Shown: positions 27,449 through 38,264, counted from the first letter of the stretch. The stretch is DNA of 64,000 nt from an uncultured virus (IMG/VR IMGVR_UViG_3300032160_000002) (IMGVR_UViG_3300032160_000002), one strand, 5' to 3'. Numbers and translations are program-made. Notes: generated from the sequence alone by a model not told the origin.

Positions 27449-28135
27449 ATGAACAACGCACAGAAGTGGGTCGTGATCGTCGGATTGTTTCTGATCGGGC
27501 TGGTCGGCGGACTTTTCGCGCAGCAGCAATACTCGGGCGGGCAGTCGGTCACGGTTGCATCTGGAACTGTCACGGCAACACAGGGCACCGGCTCCAACTT
27601 GCATGTTGCGGTCGATTCGGCTCCAACCACTGCGGTCACGGGAACTTTTTGGCAAGCCACACAGCCAGTGAGCGGGACGGTAACCGCGACCCAAGCCACA
27701 GGCTCCAACCTGCATGTCGCCGTCGATTCCGCGCCGACGACTGCCGTCACCATGGCGACGGCTCCGGCGCTGGTCGCAGGCACGGCCAAGATCGGCGTCA
27801 CCTATCCGTACACTGGATGCGGAACCACGCAATATGAAAGCGGTTCACCCGTTGGCTTTGCGGCGCTCGCGGCTTCGACGACAACCCTTACCGCGACAAC
27901 CACCTGCGTACTGAGTTTCGTTGTGAGCAATACGGGCGCGGCCAGTTTCACCTACTACGTGACCGACAATCAGGCGACACCGATTCCGGTGCTTGGCTCT
28001 TCGGGAAATCCCATCACCATCCTGCCTGGGGAGCGCGACGAGTACACGTTCAGCAATGGGACCAAGTTCAACAGTGGAATCAAGCTGACGGCGAGCGCAA
28101 CCACGGGCAGTTACTACGTGTTGGGGATTCAGTGA
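27449..28135 (+). CDS. signal-peptide-bearing fibre/decoration-like protein with internal duplication
   Basis: AAGGAG RBS; hydrophobic leader; TGTFWQATQPVSGTV motif. Confidence 0.8.
   Translation: MNNAQKWVVIVGLFLIGLVGGLFAQQQYSGGQSVTVASGTVTATQGTGSNLHVAVDSAPTTAVTGTFWQATQPVSGTVTATQATGSNLHVAVDSAPTTAVTMATAPALVAGTAKIGVTYPYTGCGTTQYESGSPVGFAALAASTTTLTATTTCVLSFVVSNTGAASFTYYVTDNQATPIPVLGSSGNPITILPGERDEYTFSNGTKFNSGIKLTASATTGSYYVLGIQ
27560..27751 (+). repeat. two copies of a 27-codon unit (SGTVTATQxTGSNLHVAVDSAPTTAVT)
   Basis: 27560-27640 and 27671-27751. Confidence 0.9.
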
Positions 28136-28567
28136 GTGTGGCGCGTCTACCTCTTCGTCGCCGTCTTCGGCCTTCTGGCAGGGGAAGTGTGCGCCCAGCA
28201 GCAGACGAGTCCAGCGCGAACCAACTGCAACAATTTCGCCGTGCTGCAGATGACCACGGCCACGACGACGCAGTTAGTCGCATTGGTCGCGGGCGAAAAG
28301 GTTCGGGTATGTGCCTATGCGATTCAAGGCTCGACGACGAGCACCGCGACAACTCTAAAGCTCGAATATGGAACTGGCACGGCTTGCGCTACCGGGACGA
28401 CGGCCCTAACTCCCGCATGGAATATGCCCGCCTCTAGTACAGCACTTCCTTTCGGCGCGGGAGAAGGCACCGGAGAACTTTTTCAGACCCCAGCAGGAGA
28501 CGCGCTCTGCGCCGTGAATAGCGCGGCGGGCACGGTCAACATTTCAATTACTTACGCACAATTCTGA
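28136..28567 (+). CDS. signal-peptide-bearing small beta protein
   Basis: MWRVYLFVAVFGLLAGEVCA-Q; GTGTACATGT. Confidence 0.75.
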   Translation: MWRVYLFVAVFGLLAGEVCAQQQTSPARTNCNNFAVLQMTTATTTQLVALVAGEKVRVCAYAIQGSTTSTATTLKLEYGTGTACATGTTALTPAWNMPASSTALPFGAGEGTGELFQTPAGDALCAVNSAAGTVNISITYAQF

Positions 28568-28637
28568 CGGCTTCACCCATCCGGTCCAAGCCCTGAGCTA
28601 GAGAGCGCGGACCAACCCTTAAAGGAGAACCACTCGT

Positions 28638-29684
28638 ATGTCAGCATCTTCGATCGTTTTACAACCCGGCAGTTCGGCGGAGCGGCAAGGCGCTTCCATG
28701 GACAGCTTTCTCACTCCCTTGCAGCAACAGGCCGTGAATGGCTATCGCCGATTGCAGGCCGAAGCCCAACGTCGCGGCTGGAGTCCAGCTTCGCTCATCA
28801 ACCTCCACCCGTTCCAATGGCCCGTCACTGGCCCCGTTCATCAAGTCGACATTCGTATCCCCGCCGTCCCGCTCGATAAAGACGTGTGGCTGGCTGCGCC
28901 CAAGCTGAAGCTCGCGAGCGGCCTCGAAATCCCCTACACGCAATACATTTTCGGGCAGTGGAAGCCACTGCAGCAGAAATATCTGATGGGACAAATCGAC
29001 TTCGAGGAAGTGAACGACTCGGGGCACATCTGGCCGCTCGAACAAGCCGAGGATGCAGTCAAACAGAATTCCCTGAGCGGCGATCGTGGCGGAGTCTTCT
29101 GCTACGAAGGCATTCATCAGCCCAGCAACAAAGAAATGAGTCTCGTCGAAGAAGCGCACCGGGCGCAGATGGCCTACTACCGTGACTGGTACGACAAAGC
29201 CAACGACGCCTATCGCTCCATCAATTCAACAACCTCCTGGCGCGATCTGGTCGGCAAAGGGAAATATCACCGCTGGATTGCGAAGTACCTCTTCCTGATC
29301 GGCAGCATCAAGGATCTCCCGACCTGGTATCAGGAAATGTCGCAGGTGGGCGGGAAAGCCCACCGCAAGTGCGGCGCCTGTGGCCACAACCTTGAGCCGG
29401 AAGCGGTGATCTGCAGCCCGAAAACGTGTGGTTGGGTCGCCAATCCCTACCGGGCCTTCGCGGAACTACTAATCGATGCGGACACACCGGGAGCGAAACT
29501 CGCCGCCAAACGCCTCAGCGAAGACGAGATCGAGAAGCTCATCGCAGCCGGACACCTCACCGAGCAGAACTTTGTGGACTGGGGCTTTGCAGCCGCCGAT
29601 GAATCTTCCTCTCCGCGCGCCGCACGGAAAAAGTCTTCCGGCAAAGCAAAGACCGAGAAGAAAGAACCAGAGAAGGAAGTCTAA
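28638..29684 (+). CDS. hypothetical protein with zinc ribbon
   Basis: AAGGAG RBS; CGAC...CSPKTC. Confidence 0.8.
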   Translation: MSASSIVLQPGSSAERQGASMDSFLTPLQQQAVNGYRRLQAEAQRRGWSPASLINLHPFQWPVTGPVHQVDIRIPAVPLDKDVWLAAPKLKLASGLEIPYTQYIFGQWKPLQQKYLMGQIDFEEVNDSGHIWPLEQAEDAVKQNSLSGDRGGVFCYEGIHQPSNKEMSLVEEAHRAQMAYYRDWYDKANDAYRSINSTTSWRDLVGKGKYHRWIAKYLFLIGSIKDLPTWYQEMSQVGGKAHRKCGACGHNLEPEAVICSPKTCGWVANPYRAFAELLIDADTPGAKLAAKRLSEDEIEKLIAAGHLTEQNFVDWGFAAADESSSPRAARKKSSGKAKTEKKEPEKEV

Positions 29685-30659
29685 TTGTCCACCGTGCAGG
29701 ACATCATCAACCGCGTCCAGACCGAACTGGAAGATGCCACGGGCGAATCCGGTTCGGACTGGACCGACGCGGATTACATTCTCGGAAAGCTGGCTACGCT
29801 CTCCGATGACATCGCGATCCGCCTCGAACTGATTGACCTGAACTACAACACCAACGAAATCATCCTGCCCAATATTTCCGCGAACAGCATCGATCTCTCG
29901 GCCTATCAGCAGTACGGGCAAGTGCTGGCGCAGATGCTGATTCCGAAAAGCATGGAGTGGCGTCTGGTGGGGGAAAATCAGCAACAATGGACGCCGGTGC
30001 GGCAAGTCGACAAGATCGTCGATACCGACATGGGCACGGGCGAAGGACAGCCCGCGGTCTCAACCCTGACCCAGAGCGCCGTAGCAGCCACGGGAAGCCA
30101 GACCGTCGATGTGCTCTCGGTGAATTCGATGCAAGTGGGGCAGACGCTCTCGATCGACGAGGGAGCGAATCAGGAATCGGTTGTAATCACGGCACTCGCC
30201 AGCTCGCCGCCATCGTTCACTGCAGTCTTCACCAAACTGCATGCGAACCAGGTTGTAGTCACGGCTTCGCCTGCCGGTGTCGAATCCGACGACCCAACAG
30301 TGGAGAGCTACGAGTGGCGTGGCGGCATTCTGCGCATGAGCCCGTGCATGGAGCCAGTCGATTTGCGCATCCGCTTTGTCTCGACGGTGATCTCGCTCGC
30401 AACCAATTCCCAGCAGCAGATTGTTGGCCTGACCAACGTCTATGTCTACAAATGCTGCCAGAAGATCACGTTTTCGCGCGCGGCTGGCACCAACACGTTG
30501 AGCGATGGCTTCGAAAAAATGTATGAGCGCGCCTGTGCCGATTACGAAGGCCTTTCGGTCAAGACGCAGCAGTCGAAAGTCATACGCCTGGGGGGACGCA
30601 GATCCGGCTCGGGGTGCGGCTCAACAAGTGGAGGGTTCTTCCCTCCGATCGTGAATTAA
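29685..30659 (+). CDS. head-tail adaptor / tail tubular A-like protein
   Basis: TVQDIINRVQTELED...WTDADYI N-terminus typical of adaptors; position. Confidence 0.6.
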   Translation: MSTVQDIINRVQTELEDATGESGSDWTDADYILGKLATLSDDIAIRLELIDLNYNTNEIILPNISANSIDLSAYQQYGQVLAQMLIPKSMEWRLVGENQQQWTPVRQVDKIVDTDMGTGEGQPAVSTLTQSAVAATGSQTVDVLSVNSMQVGQTLSIDEGANQESVVITALASSPPSFTAVFTKLHANQVVVTASPAGVESDDPTVESYEWRGGILRMSPCMEPVDLRIRFVSTVISLATNSQQQIVGLTNVYVYKCCQKITFSRAAGTNTLSDGFEKMYERACADYEGLSVKTQQSKVIRLGGRRSGSGCGSTSGGFFPPIVN

Positions 30660-30714
30660 CAAATCCGAACTAAAACAATTTCACACACTTTGTTTCAAAG
30701 GAGCATTTCACACC

Positions 30715-31143
30715 ATGGCAAACGCACTCGCCTATCTCAGAAGCGACCGCGCCGTAAGCACTTTTGTATTCAAGGTCTTCACCTGCACGCTTTCCGGTAA
30801 CTACACGAACGGCGGGGCTATCGGCGTCCCGGGGGAGACGCTGAGCTTCAACACCGCAACCGTCACCGGGAAGCCATCGCGTCCGCGCATTCCGAATGTG
30901 CTGAATGGCTCTACCAGCCCGCTGCCGAAGAACACAGACTTCGAAGTTTTCGTTCCAAATGGCTACAGCGCCCAGGTAGAGCAGAACGCGACGAGTCCCA
31001 CGGCTGCGAACTATGCGCTGCGCATCTTCGCCGCAGGGTCGGGCAACGCAGCTCCGGTGGAACTGGCGTCCGGTGCCTATCCTGCCGCGCTGACCGCCGC
31101 GCCCATCGTGATCAAGGTCCGCATTCCGGCGAAGTACGCCTGA
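30715..31143 (+). CDS. small structural (decoration-like) protein
   Basis: AAGGAG RBS; NYTNGG...GYSAQ...ELASGA. Confidence 0.65.
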   Translation: MANALAYLRSDRAVSTFVFKVFTCTLSGNYTNGGAIGVPGETLSFNTATVTGKPSRPRIPNVLNGSTSPLPKNTDFEVFVPNGYSAQVEQNATSPTAANYALRIFAAGSGNAAPVELASGAYPAALTAAPIVIKVRIPAKYA

Positions 31144-31189
31144 TTTCGGCTCGGCCCCTGAGTAATTTCCCTCGCTCTTCCCTGCCTTT

Positions 31190-34100
31190 ATGGGCTCCGT
31201 CAATCTAGATGGTCTGATACCAGTTCGTACTACCCGCTTCGGCGGGGAGGTGGACTGGGACGATCCGATTCAGATTCCGAATGGGCTCGCCATCGTCAGC
31301 CAGAACATGCAATTTCTGGCGGAGTCGGTGAAGGTGCGCTGGGGAATGCGGCAGGCCATGAAGATCGCCTTAGTCATGGCCGATCCCACGGGCATCGATG
31401 TGCTCACGGTGCTTGGTTCGCCACAGGCGCCGACGGTACAGCAGCAAGCGGGCGGGGGAATCGTTTCGGCAAGCTCGCTGAACCCGAACGCGATCGTAGG
31501 CAACAACGCTTCGGTATTCCTGCCCATCAGCCCAAATACCCAGGTTTCATTGGTCTTTGCCGACATTGGGAAACTCTATCTCGAACTTCCAGCCGGATCG
31601 GAGAATCTGATCCTGCTGCCCAGCACAAGAGTCGCCTTGTCAGTCTTCGACATTCTTCCCACTGGATCGGGGATGCAAACAGCGAAGGCTTATAACCGGA
31701 TTTACCAGGCCTATGCGGACTTCATGAATCGTGTCACACCAGCATCGTCTGGGCCCGTACTCGCGCTCGATGCATCGACTGGCTTTGAAAGCCCGGTGGG
31801 ACAAAACCCGATCGCCGCGGCCTGGAGGCCGAATACCTTCTATCAGCAGGGGGATTTAGTCACTCCGACCGCATCGGGAACGTTTTGGTTTCGCCGGCTG
31901 AATACCGGTTACAGCGGAGCCACGGAGCCGAACTGGCAACTGTCCGTCCAACCCGCGAACTACTTCGCCTCGGGCTACGTGGCCAACCCTTTTACCGTCA
32001 CCGATGGCGGATCAAGCCCACAATGGCAAGAATGGACCCCGGGCTTCCCTTCTTATCTCCCGGCTGGGCCGCAAATCACCTCTGCTACCCAAGTGACACA
32101 CGGCGGAACGATCTCCGCGGGCCTCGACGTTTATATCTACCTTGCTTACTTCAACGACAATGGGGAGAGCGTTTGGGGGCCGCTCAAGGTCTGTTCAAAC
32201 ACCGTCGCTTTTGAACCTATCACTTGCCTGTTCCAAGGCGTGCCCGGGGTAGGACCGTTCATGCCCGCATGGCTTTTCTCGGTCACGCCAGACGGCGACG
32301 GAGTCCCCGGCCACTGGCCTTCGTCAACCTGCATCAATGTTTATGTGAATGCGGTGACGCACGGCTCGGCAGCACCCACCCAGTTCTACCTCTACAGCCA
32401 GGTCACCGCCGACAACAGTTTCAACATCTCTTCCATTCCGAGTTCGGGAACCCTATTCAACGTTCGCACCGCACCCACGGCCGCAATTTCCGACCAGCAG
32501 TTCATGGGAGAAGCCGGACAACGCTACGCCATGCTGCTGCGGCAAAACACCATGGGTGATCTCAGCCCGGCCGATCCGAACGACGCGATTGCGGTTCAGT
32601 TTCAGGGCGCACTTTCCGACTCAGCTTTTGCGGTTTTTCAGGAGGGATCGGTCAACACTGCGGTCTATCTCTCCGTCGATGACATCACACCCTACGTCGT
32701 CGGAATGGGAATCCAGGTTGCGGGAGCGAATCTACCGGTTGGCTCGACTGGCAACAAAACCATCGTCAACATCATCGCCGGGCACTCCTACCAATGGGAC
32801 ACCACAACCAATTCTCTGATCGATACCCCAGTGAACTATCCCGCCGGAATTCTGATCTACGCTGGCACCGGCACCGGGTCAACGGCGGGCAACTCGGCGG
32901 CTACGATTTCCGTCCCCGCCGGCCCCTGTCCGATCGCGGTTTTGCCGGAAGGATCCCAGGAAGGGCCAGGTTACTCTTACGACATCGTAGCCTTGACGGT
33001 TGTGGGTAGCGGCCCGAGCGGCCCGTTTTTTTATCTGGCCAGCGGAAATCCTCCCAACCCGTTCGAAACCGGCGTAATCTCGGAAACCACGGATGGAGCG
33101 GGGAATGCCCTGGCTCTCCTGCAGTCCGTCGAAGGCCTTGCTCCGGGGGATACTGTCCTGATTCAAGGATGGGGCTCTCCGAATCAGGCTCTTAATGGCC
33201 AAAGAGTCTTAGCCACGGTCGGCACCCGCCTGCTCAGTGTGACCTTCCCGGACTCCGCAGGAGCTACAACCGCCCAGGGCGCCGGCGGGGTCTTTATGTT
33301 TCTCGTCCCCACCCAAGCCACACAGGCGGTGGCAGGATTGGGGCGCATCCTGCTTCAGTTCGACGACACGAGTCTTGTGGAAGGCGTCGATGTCACCGGA
33401 AACTTCTTGTTCGTCGCGCTGCCACCCTGCACTGATCTCGCCTATATCCCGTCGGTCACGCGCATGGCCTACGTCAGCGATCTTTTCCCCACGACTCTCA
33501 TCTTTTCCGAAGAGGACTTCATGGGGGAGGTCGATGGCCTGAACGACATCCTCACCATTGACGCCTCGAACGGGGCAACGCTCGCCGGCACGCGCGAGTT
33601 GCTGAATGGAACCATCGTAGCAGCCAAACAGAATTGCGGCTATCAGATCACGCCGACGGCAGACGTGCCAGCGCGCTGGGGACTGGGAACGCTTTGGGGC
33701 AATCATGGCCCGTGGTCCGGGAAGAATATCGCCAAAGGAAAGGACGGCGCACGTCTGCCGTTCTTTATGTTCGTCGATCCGGAATCCGGCCTCTACAAAT
33801 GGCCTCCCACGCTCGGGTCGGGAGAAGAACTCGACCACCTCAGCAAGGAATTGAGCGGAGCCAACAATCAGGACGCTTCGCGCATGGCCACGTGGGATCG
33901 CGTGAACCGCGCGGCGGGCGCGACCATCGAAGTCGTCGTCGACACCATCGCGAAGGAAGTCAAGATCGCGGTGCCGCTCGATGGGGCGACCAGCCCTTCG
34001 CACATTCTGACGATGAGCTACTTCAACGGCTGGCAAGATCCGTTGTTGCTGACCCTGAGCGGCGAGTGGGTGCCAAGCCGGCAAGCACGGCGCTGGAATA

Positions 34101-34960
34101 TCGATCCGATCCCCACCAACTGTATGGCTTTGGTGAAGCGAACTCTGGCGACGCCGGTCGATCAGCGGGTGAATTACCAGCAACTGCTTTTGGGAACGCC
34201 GACCTTTCTCGCTTCGAGCTACGCAACCATCGTCCCCACATCCCTCAGCCAGCCCGGAGCGCCCACGATCACGCCTGGCACGTATTACGCGCAACTCGCG
34301 AAGGTCACCGGCGGCCAGGAAACCGCATACTCGCCGGTTCTCGGACCCTTCACAGTTTCAGAGAGCGGCAGTGGCCCTTACGCGGTGAACACATTCAAGG
34401 CGGTACTGCCCGGGGATCAACTCGAAGATAGCTGGACGATTTACTTCGGCACGTCACCCGGCGGATTGACCTCGAAGATCACCGGCATCCCCAACGCAGC
34501 GCCGAGTTACAACGTGACCACCGCCGGCGTGGGGACCGCAACGCCCACCGGTTTTCTCGGTCTCAACTACATGCAGCCCGCCGCCTACGATGATCTGGGC
34601 GGAGGCTACAACGCGCGCTATCGCCCCGCTTACGCCAGAGAAGCTCCCAGCCAGGCATTTATGGATGGAGAGCGATACCTGCGCTTCAGCGCGGTCACCG
34701 GAAAGGCGCTGGGCGCGGGAAACATGCTGATCGCGCCGGTCACCGACGATCCAAACTACGAACCCAATCCGAAGAACGTCGCCCTTGGCGTAGGCTCTGC
34801 CGAAGTCCCCGGAAGCGCACCGATCACCCATTTCGCCGAATCGCTGATGGGAGATAGCTACTTCCTGACCTGCGAGTATTCGAACGGCGGCGTGCCGGGC
34901 GCATGGTTCCAACTGATGCGGCATACGGTCTGGCACAAACCGCTGCGACCGACCAAGTAA
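31190..34960 (+). CDS. tail tubular B / packaged-DNA stabilisation-like protein with inserted beta domains
   Basis: FGGEVDWDDP..IP.G....QN N-terminus; AWRPNTFYQQGDLV carbohydrate-binding-like motif; position before ejection genes. Confidence 0.65.
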   Translation: MGSVNLDGLIPVRTTRFGGEVDWDDPIQIPNGLAIVSQNMQFLAESVKVRWGMRQAMKIALVMADPTGIDVLTVLGSPQAPTVQQQAGGGIVSASSLNPNAIVGNNASVFLPISPNTQVSLVFADIGKLYLELPAGSENLILLPSTRVALSVFDILPTGSGMQTAKAYNRIYQAYADFMNRVTPASSGPVLALDASTGFESPVGQNPIAAAWRPNTFYQQGDLVTPTASGTFWFRRLNTGYSGATEPNWQLSVQPANYFASGYVANPFTVTDGGSSPQWQEWTPGFPSYLPAGPQITSATQVTHGGTISAGLDVYIYLAYFNDNGESVWGPLKVCSNTVAFEPITCLFQGVPGVGPFMPAWLFSVTPDGDGVPGHWPSSTCINVYVNAVTHGSAAPTQFYLYSQVTADNSFNISSIPSSGTLFNVRTAPTAAISDQQFMGEAGQRYAMLLRQNTMGDLSPADPNDAIAVQFQGALSDSAFAVFQEGSVNTAVYLSVDDITPYVVGMGIQVAGANLPVGSTGNKTIVNIIAGHSYQWDTTTNSLIDTPVNYPAGILIYAGTGTGSTAGNSAATISVPAGPCPIAVLPEGSQEGPGYSYDIVALTVVGSGPSGPFFYLASGNPPNPFETGVISETTDGAGNALALLQSVEGLAPGDTVLIQGWGSPNQALNGQRVLATVGTRLLSVTFPDSAGATTAQGAGGVFMFLVPTQATQAVAGLGRILLQFDDTSLVEGVDVTGNFLFVALPPCTDLAYIPSVTRMAYVSDLFPTTLIFSEEDFMGEVDGLNDILTIDASNGATLAGTRELLNGTIVAAKQNCGYQITPTADVPARWGLGTLWGNHGPWSGKNIAKGKDGARLPFFMFVDPESGLYKWPPTLGSGEELDHLSKELSGANNQDASRMATWDRVNRAAGATIEVVVDTIAKEVKIAVPLDGATSPSHILTMSYFNGWQDPLLLTLSGEWVPSRQARRWNIDPIPTNCMALVKRTLATPVDQRVNYQQLLLGTPTFLASSYATIVPTSLSQPGAPTITPGTYYAQLAKVTGGQETAYSPVLGPFTVSESGSGPYAVNTFKAVLPGDQLEDSWTIYFGTSPGGLTSKITGIPNAAPSYNVTTAGVGTATPTGFLGLNYMQPAAYDDLGGGYNARYRPAYAREAPSQAFMDGERYLRFSAVTGKALGAGNMLIAPVTDDPNYEPNPKNVALGVGSAEVPGSAPITHFAESLMGDSYFLTCEYSNGGVPGAWFQLMRHTVWHKPLRPTK

Positions 34961-35413
34961 ATGGCCTACAAGACTCCGCAGCCTTCGGTGCAGGCCTTCC
35001 AGGACGCCGATCAGCAGAACGTGGTCAAGAGAATCTATGAGCGTTTGGACTCGATCGAGGAAGCAACCAGCCTGCAGAGTTTTGTTTCCGGGCGGGCGGC
35101 GCCAGCACCGCCGCAAGCCGCGCTCACGGTGAGCACAAACCCGACCCAACCCGGTCATGCGTATATTCGCATCACCAACCCACAATATCTGGGCACGAAC
35201 AAGAACCGGATCGCGACCCCGATTCAACACTGGCTGATCGCCAGCCCTAGCCCGGGTTTCAACAGCGGCGTGATCGACTTCGGGAAAACCTCGCAGACCT
35301 ATATCGACACTTCGGAGTTGGGCTCTGGAATCTGGTATCTGCAGTTGCGATCAACCACGGACGGCAAGACGTTCAATAACCCCGTAAGCAGCGGGAAAGT
35401 AGTGATCCCTTGA
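34961..35413 (+). CDS. hypothetical tail-region protein
   Basis: Abuts the upstream stop. Confidence 0.75.
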   Translation: MAYKTPQPSVQAFQDADQQNVVKRIYERLDSIEEATSLQSFVSGRAAPAPPQAALTVSTNPTQPGHAYIRITNPQYLGTNKNRIATPIQHWLIASPSPGFNSGVIDFGKTSQTYIDTSELGSGIWYLQLRSTTDGKTFNNPVSSGKVVIP

Positions 35414-35859
35414 TGGCCTGGCGACTGTACAAAGGCCCTGATCCAAAGACCGGGGAGCAAAATGATCTGCCTGCAGTGCAAGTGCTGCACGACGCCATGA
35501 TTCAGCGCGTGGGCGAGAAATTTGAACTGCCCACACTCGACGAGCGTCCGGTACTGATCACTTTGGTAAATGAAGTGGCGGGAGTCATCACACATGCCGT
35601 CTTTCTCGAAGCGCAAGCGGAAATCTGCGCCATGGGCGACGACTCGCTCTCCAGGCGGGACTGGAAAGACGCTGCCCTGAAACTCGCCGAGCTTTGCAAG
35701 GTCTATGACCTGAAGTTCGTCCGCGCCTTCGTGCCGAATGTAGCGATCGAGAGAAAGAAACCCGAGAAGCCGGCGGCGATCGAGCGCTTGCTCTACCACT
35801 TCGGTTTTGTGCGGGAAGACTTGTCGCGCATCACTCCCTTCACGCGCAGATTGGCCTAA
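35410..35859 (+). CDS. hypothetical protein, possibly GNAT-like (P22 gp14 position)
   Basis: C-terminal RLLYHFGF; sits just before the ejection genes. Confidence 0.5.
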   Translation: MMAWRLYKGPDPKTGEQNDLPAVQVLHDAMIQRVGEKFELPTLDERPVLITLVNEVAGVITHAVFLEAQAEICAMGDDSLSRRDWKDAALKLAELCKVYDLKFVRAFVPNVAIERKKPEKPAAIERLLYHFGFVREDLSRITPFTRRLA

Positions 35860-35862
35860 CTT

Positions 35863-36867
35863 ATGGGACGCTCCGCACCCGCTTCCGCCGCGAACACCAC
35901 ATACAGCGGCCAGAGCCAGACCGCGTTCAACAACGCGCAAACCGATATCGGCCAGTACAACGCCAACGAAAAGAAGCTCGCTTCGGGGGTAAATGTTGGC
36001 GCGAATCCGTTCCAGTCATCGGCGTACCTTTCGAACGTCAACAAGCTGCAATCGGAAGCGCTTGACACTTCGGCAGCCTCCGGCAAAGCCAACTTACAGC
36101 GCTGGAACACGGCCACGGGCGGATTGAACTCTTCGGAAGTGCCGCTCGCCCAGCGCGATATCACCATGCAGACCGGGCGGTTAGCCGACAGCCTCAGTGC
36201 GCAACGCGCAGCCAGCGATTACAAATCGAATCTGGCCTGGCAGCAATATCTGGCGCAAGCCCCGCTCGCAGCCGCCGGCGCAGAGTCGCCGCTCTACAGC
36301 ACGGCAACCGGCGGACAAGGGAATGCGCTGAATAACCTGACGAACTTGAGTGGACAGCAGTACGGATTCTGGGGCGGCATGATCGACTCGGCTCTCATGG
36401 GAGCCGGAACGGGCGCCGGGCTGGCGGCATGTCCGGTAGAAGGGTCGCTCTGCCTCATGCCCGATGAGACAGAACAGCCAGTCGAATCACTGAAGATCGG
36501 GGAACTCATCGCCGGAATCGATGGAGAAGCGCAAACGATCGAGAACATACAGATTGCTTACGTGGATGCGCTGCGGGTCGTCACGGAGAACGGATGCGTG
36601 TTCCGTAACTCCACGACGCACGCCTACGTGCTGCCGCGCGGCGGATTTACGATTGCGTTCAAGGCTCTTGGCCGCATGATCGGTACGAGATTCGGGCCCA
36701 GCAGAGTTATCAGCGTGGAGTCGATTGGCAAACAGAAGGTCTTTAACATTATGACCGACGGCTCCCACACTTACTGCGCGGACGGCGCATGGGCATTGGG
36801 CGAGGAAATGTTTGATCCCGCCACGGGAATGAACGAGTGGTCAGCCGTGGGAAAGGCGGTGGCCTAA
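35863..36867 (+). CDS. DNA-ejection/internal virion protein with C-terminal Hint domain
   Basis: A/Q/N/S/G-rich N-half; AA-CPVEGSL...VESLKIGE...STTH...VFNIMTDGSHTYCADG. Confidence 0.75.
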   Translation: MGRSAPASAANTTYSGQSQTAFNNAQTDIGQYNANEKKLASGVNVGANPFQSSAYLSNVNKLQSEALDTSAASGKANLQRWNTATGGLNSSEVPLAQRDITMQTGRLADSLSAQRAASDYKSNLAWQQYLAQAPLAAAGAESPLYSTATGGQGNALNNLTNLSGQQYGFWGGMIDSALMGAGTGAGLAACPVEGSLCLMPDETEQPVESLKIGELIAGIDGEAQTIENIQIAYVDALRVVTENGCVFRNSTTHAYVLPRGGFTIAFKALGRMIGTRFGPSRVISVESIGKQKVFNIMTDGSHTYCADGAWALGEEMFDPATGMNEWSAVGKAVA

Positions 36868-38193
36868 ATGGGTGGATGGATGCCGCCGATTCCGCCAGAG
36901 ATGATGGCGGCTGCGCTGGCTCGCCGGGGAACCGCGAATCTTCCGCCTGCCGCCGTGCCGCCTCCGCCGGGCGTAACCCCGCCCCTCGCAACTCGCACGC
37001 CAGTCACGCTGCCTGCAGGAAATCCTGGACCGCTGCCGTCGAATGCACCTACACCACCAGCCGCCACGCCGATTCGTATGGGTCTGGGCGGACGCAATCT
37101 GGCCGAACCTAGTCCGCCCGGAGTTGGCGCTACCGGCGTGCCATACGTCCCCCCATCCTATACGCCTCCGATGTCGCAAGCACAACCGCCATCCTCATCG
37201 GATGATCCCGCGATCAGCCCGGAGATGCGCAAGGCGATGCAGTCCACGCAAAGCGCACAAGCTGCCCTCGATGCCGAAGGACAGAAGTATCAGGACCTCA
37301 GCAGTAAAGCGGCTGCGCTGAAACCACCGGACTACGAGAATTACAAACCGCCGCTCTGGAAAAAGATTGCCGCGCCGTTTGTGGGAGCCTTAGCAGGACG
37401 CAACGCCGGACCTGCCGTGGAGAGCATGCTTTACAGCCCGTACAACCGGGCCGTGCAAGGCTATGAACAACAGAAGTCGGCACTGCAGCAGCAACTCGAA
37501 GCGGAACGAGGAATTGGAATTCCACTAGCTGAGAGCCGCGCAAGGGTCGCGCAAGAGGGATACACGAACACACTGAATGCACGCAAGGAAGCGGAAACCG
37601 AAAAGCGCGATACCGCGACCGAGCAGTACAAGAGCGACCTGAATGAAATCCGCTCCAACATCGCGAGCGACAAACTGGACGAAGCTCAAAAGAAACTGGA
37701 CGAGACCGCCGAGAAGAACAAAAACAACTTCCAGATGCAGAACGAGCTACTGAAGGTGCGTCAGGAGTTGGCCGACGCCGCGAAGGAACGCGCGGACAAA
37801 GCCGCCGCCAACGGTGCGGGCGCGAATGGCATGACCGCCAGCGAGCAACGGGACTTCAACGCGAAGACACGACGCTACCAAGCAGAGATCGACTCCCTGA
37901 ACCGCGAACGGGCGCAGATGGTGGGCATCCCCGGAGACTTCGCCACGAAGCGCACAGCCGCGATCGACAAACGATTAGACGAACTCCACGGCAACATCGA
38001 CAAAGCAGAACAGGACATTCTCGATCGACGGCCGCAGAAAGGCGGCGCGGAAGCAACAAGCGGATCTGGCGCAAAAGGATTTCAGGTTCCCAAAGGCGCA
38101 CCCAATCCCACGAAGCCCGGCCAAGATTTGAAAATGAACAACAAGATCGTCGCGCACTCAGCCGATGGTAAGAGTTGGGGACCGCCGCAGTAG
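36868..38193 (+). CDS. DNA-ejection/internal virion protein
   Basis: Pro-rich N-terminus, long coiled coil, position. Confidence 0.65.
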   Translation: MGGWMPPIPPEMMAAALARRGTANLPPAAVPPPPGVTPPLATRTPVTLPAGNPGPLPSNAPTPPAATPIRMGLGGRNLAEPSPPGVGATGVPYVPPSYTPPMSQAQPPSSSDDPAISPEMRKAMQSTQSAQAALDAEGQKYQDLSSKAAALKPPDYENYKPPLWKKIAAPFVGALAGRNAGPAVESMLYSPYNRAVQGYEQQKSALQQQLEAERGIGIPLAESRARVAQEGYTNTLNARKEAETEKRDTATEQYKSDLNEIRSNIASDKLDEAQKKLDETAEKNKNNFQMQNELLKVRQELADAAKERADKAAANGAGANGMTASEQRDFNAKTRRYQAEIDSLNRERAQMVGIPGDFATKRTAAIDKRLDELHGNIDKAEQDILDRRPQKGGAEATSGSGAKGFQVPKGAPNPTKPGQDLKMNNKIVAHSADGKSWGPPQ

Positions 38194-38264
38194 CTAGGGA
38201 TTACTGGCGAAGAACCCGACGACCATCGCACACAGGAAGATGAAGAGCAGCACCGGCATTTTCG

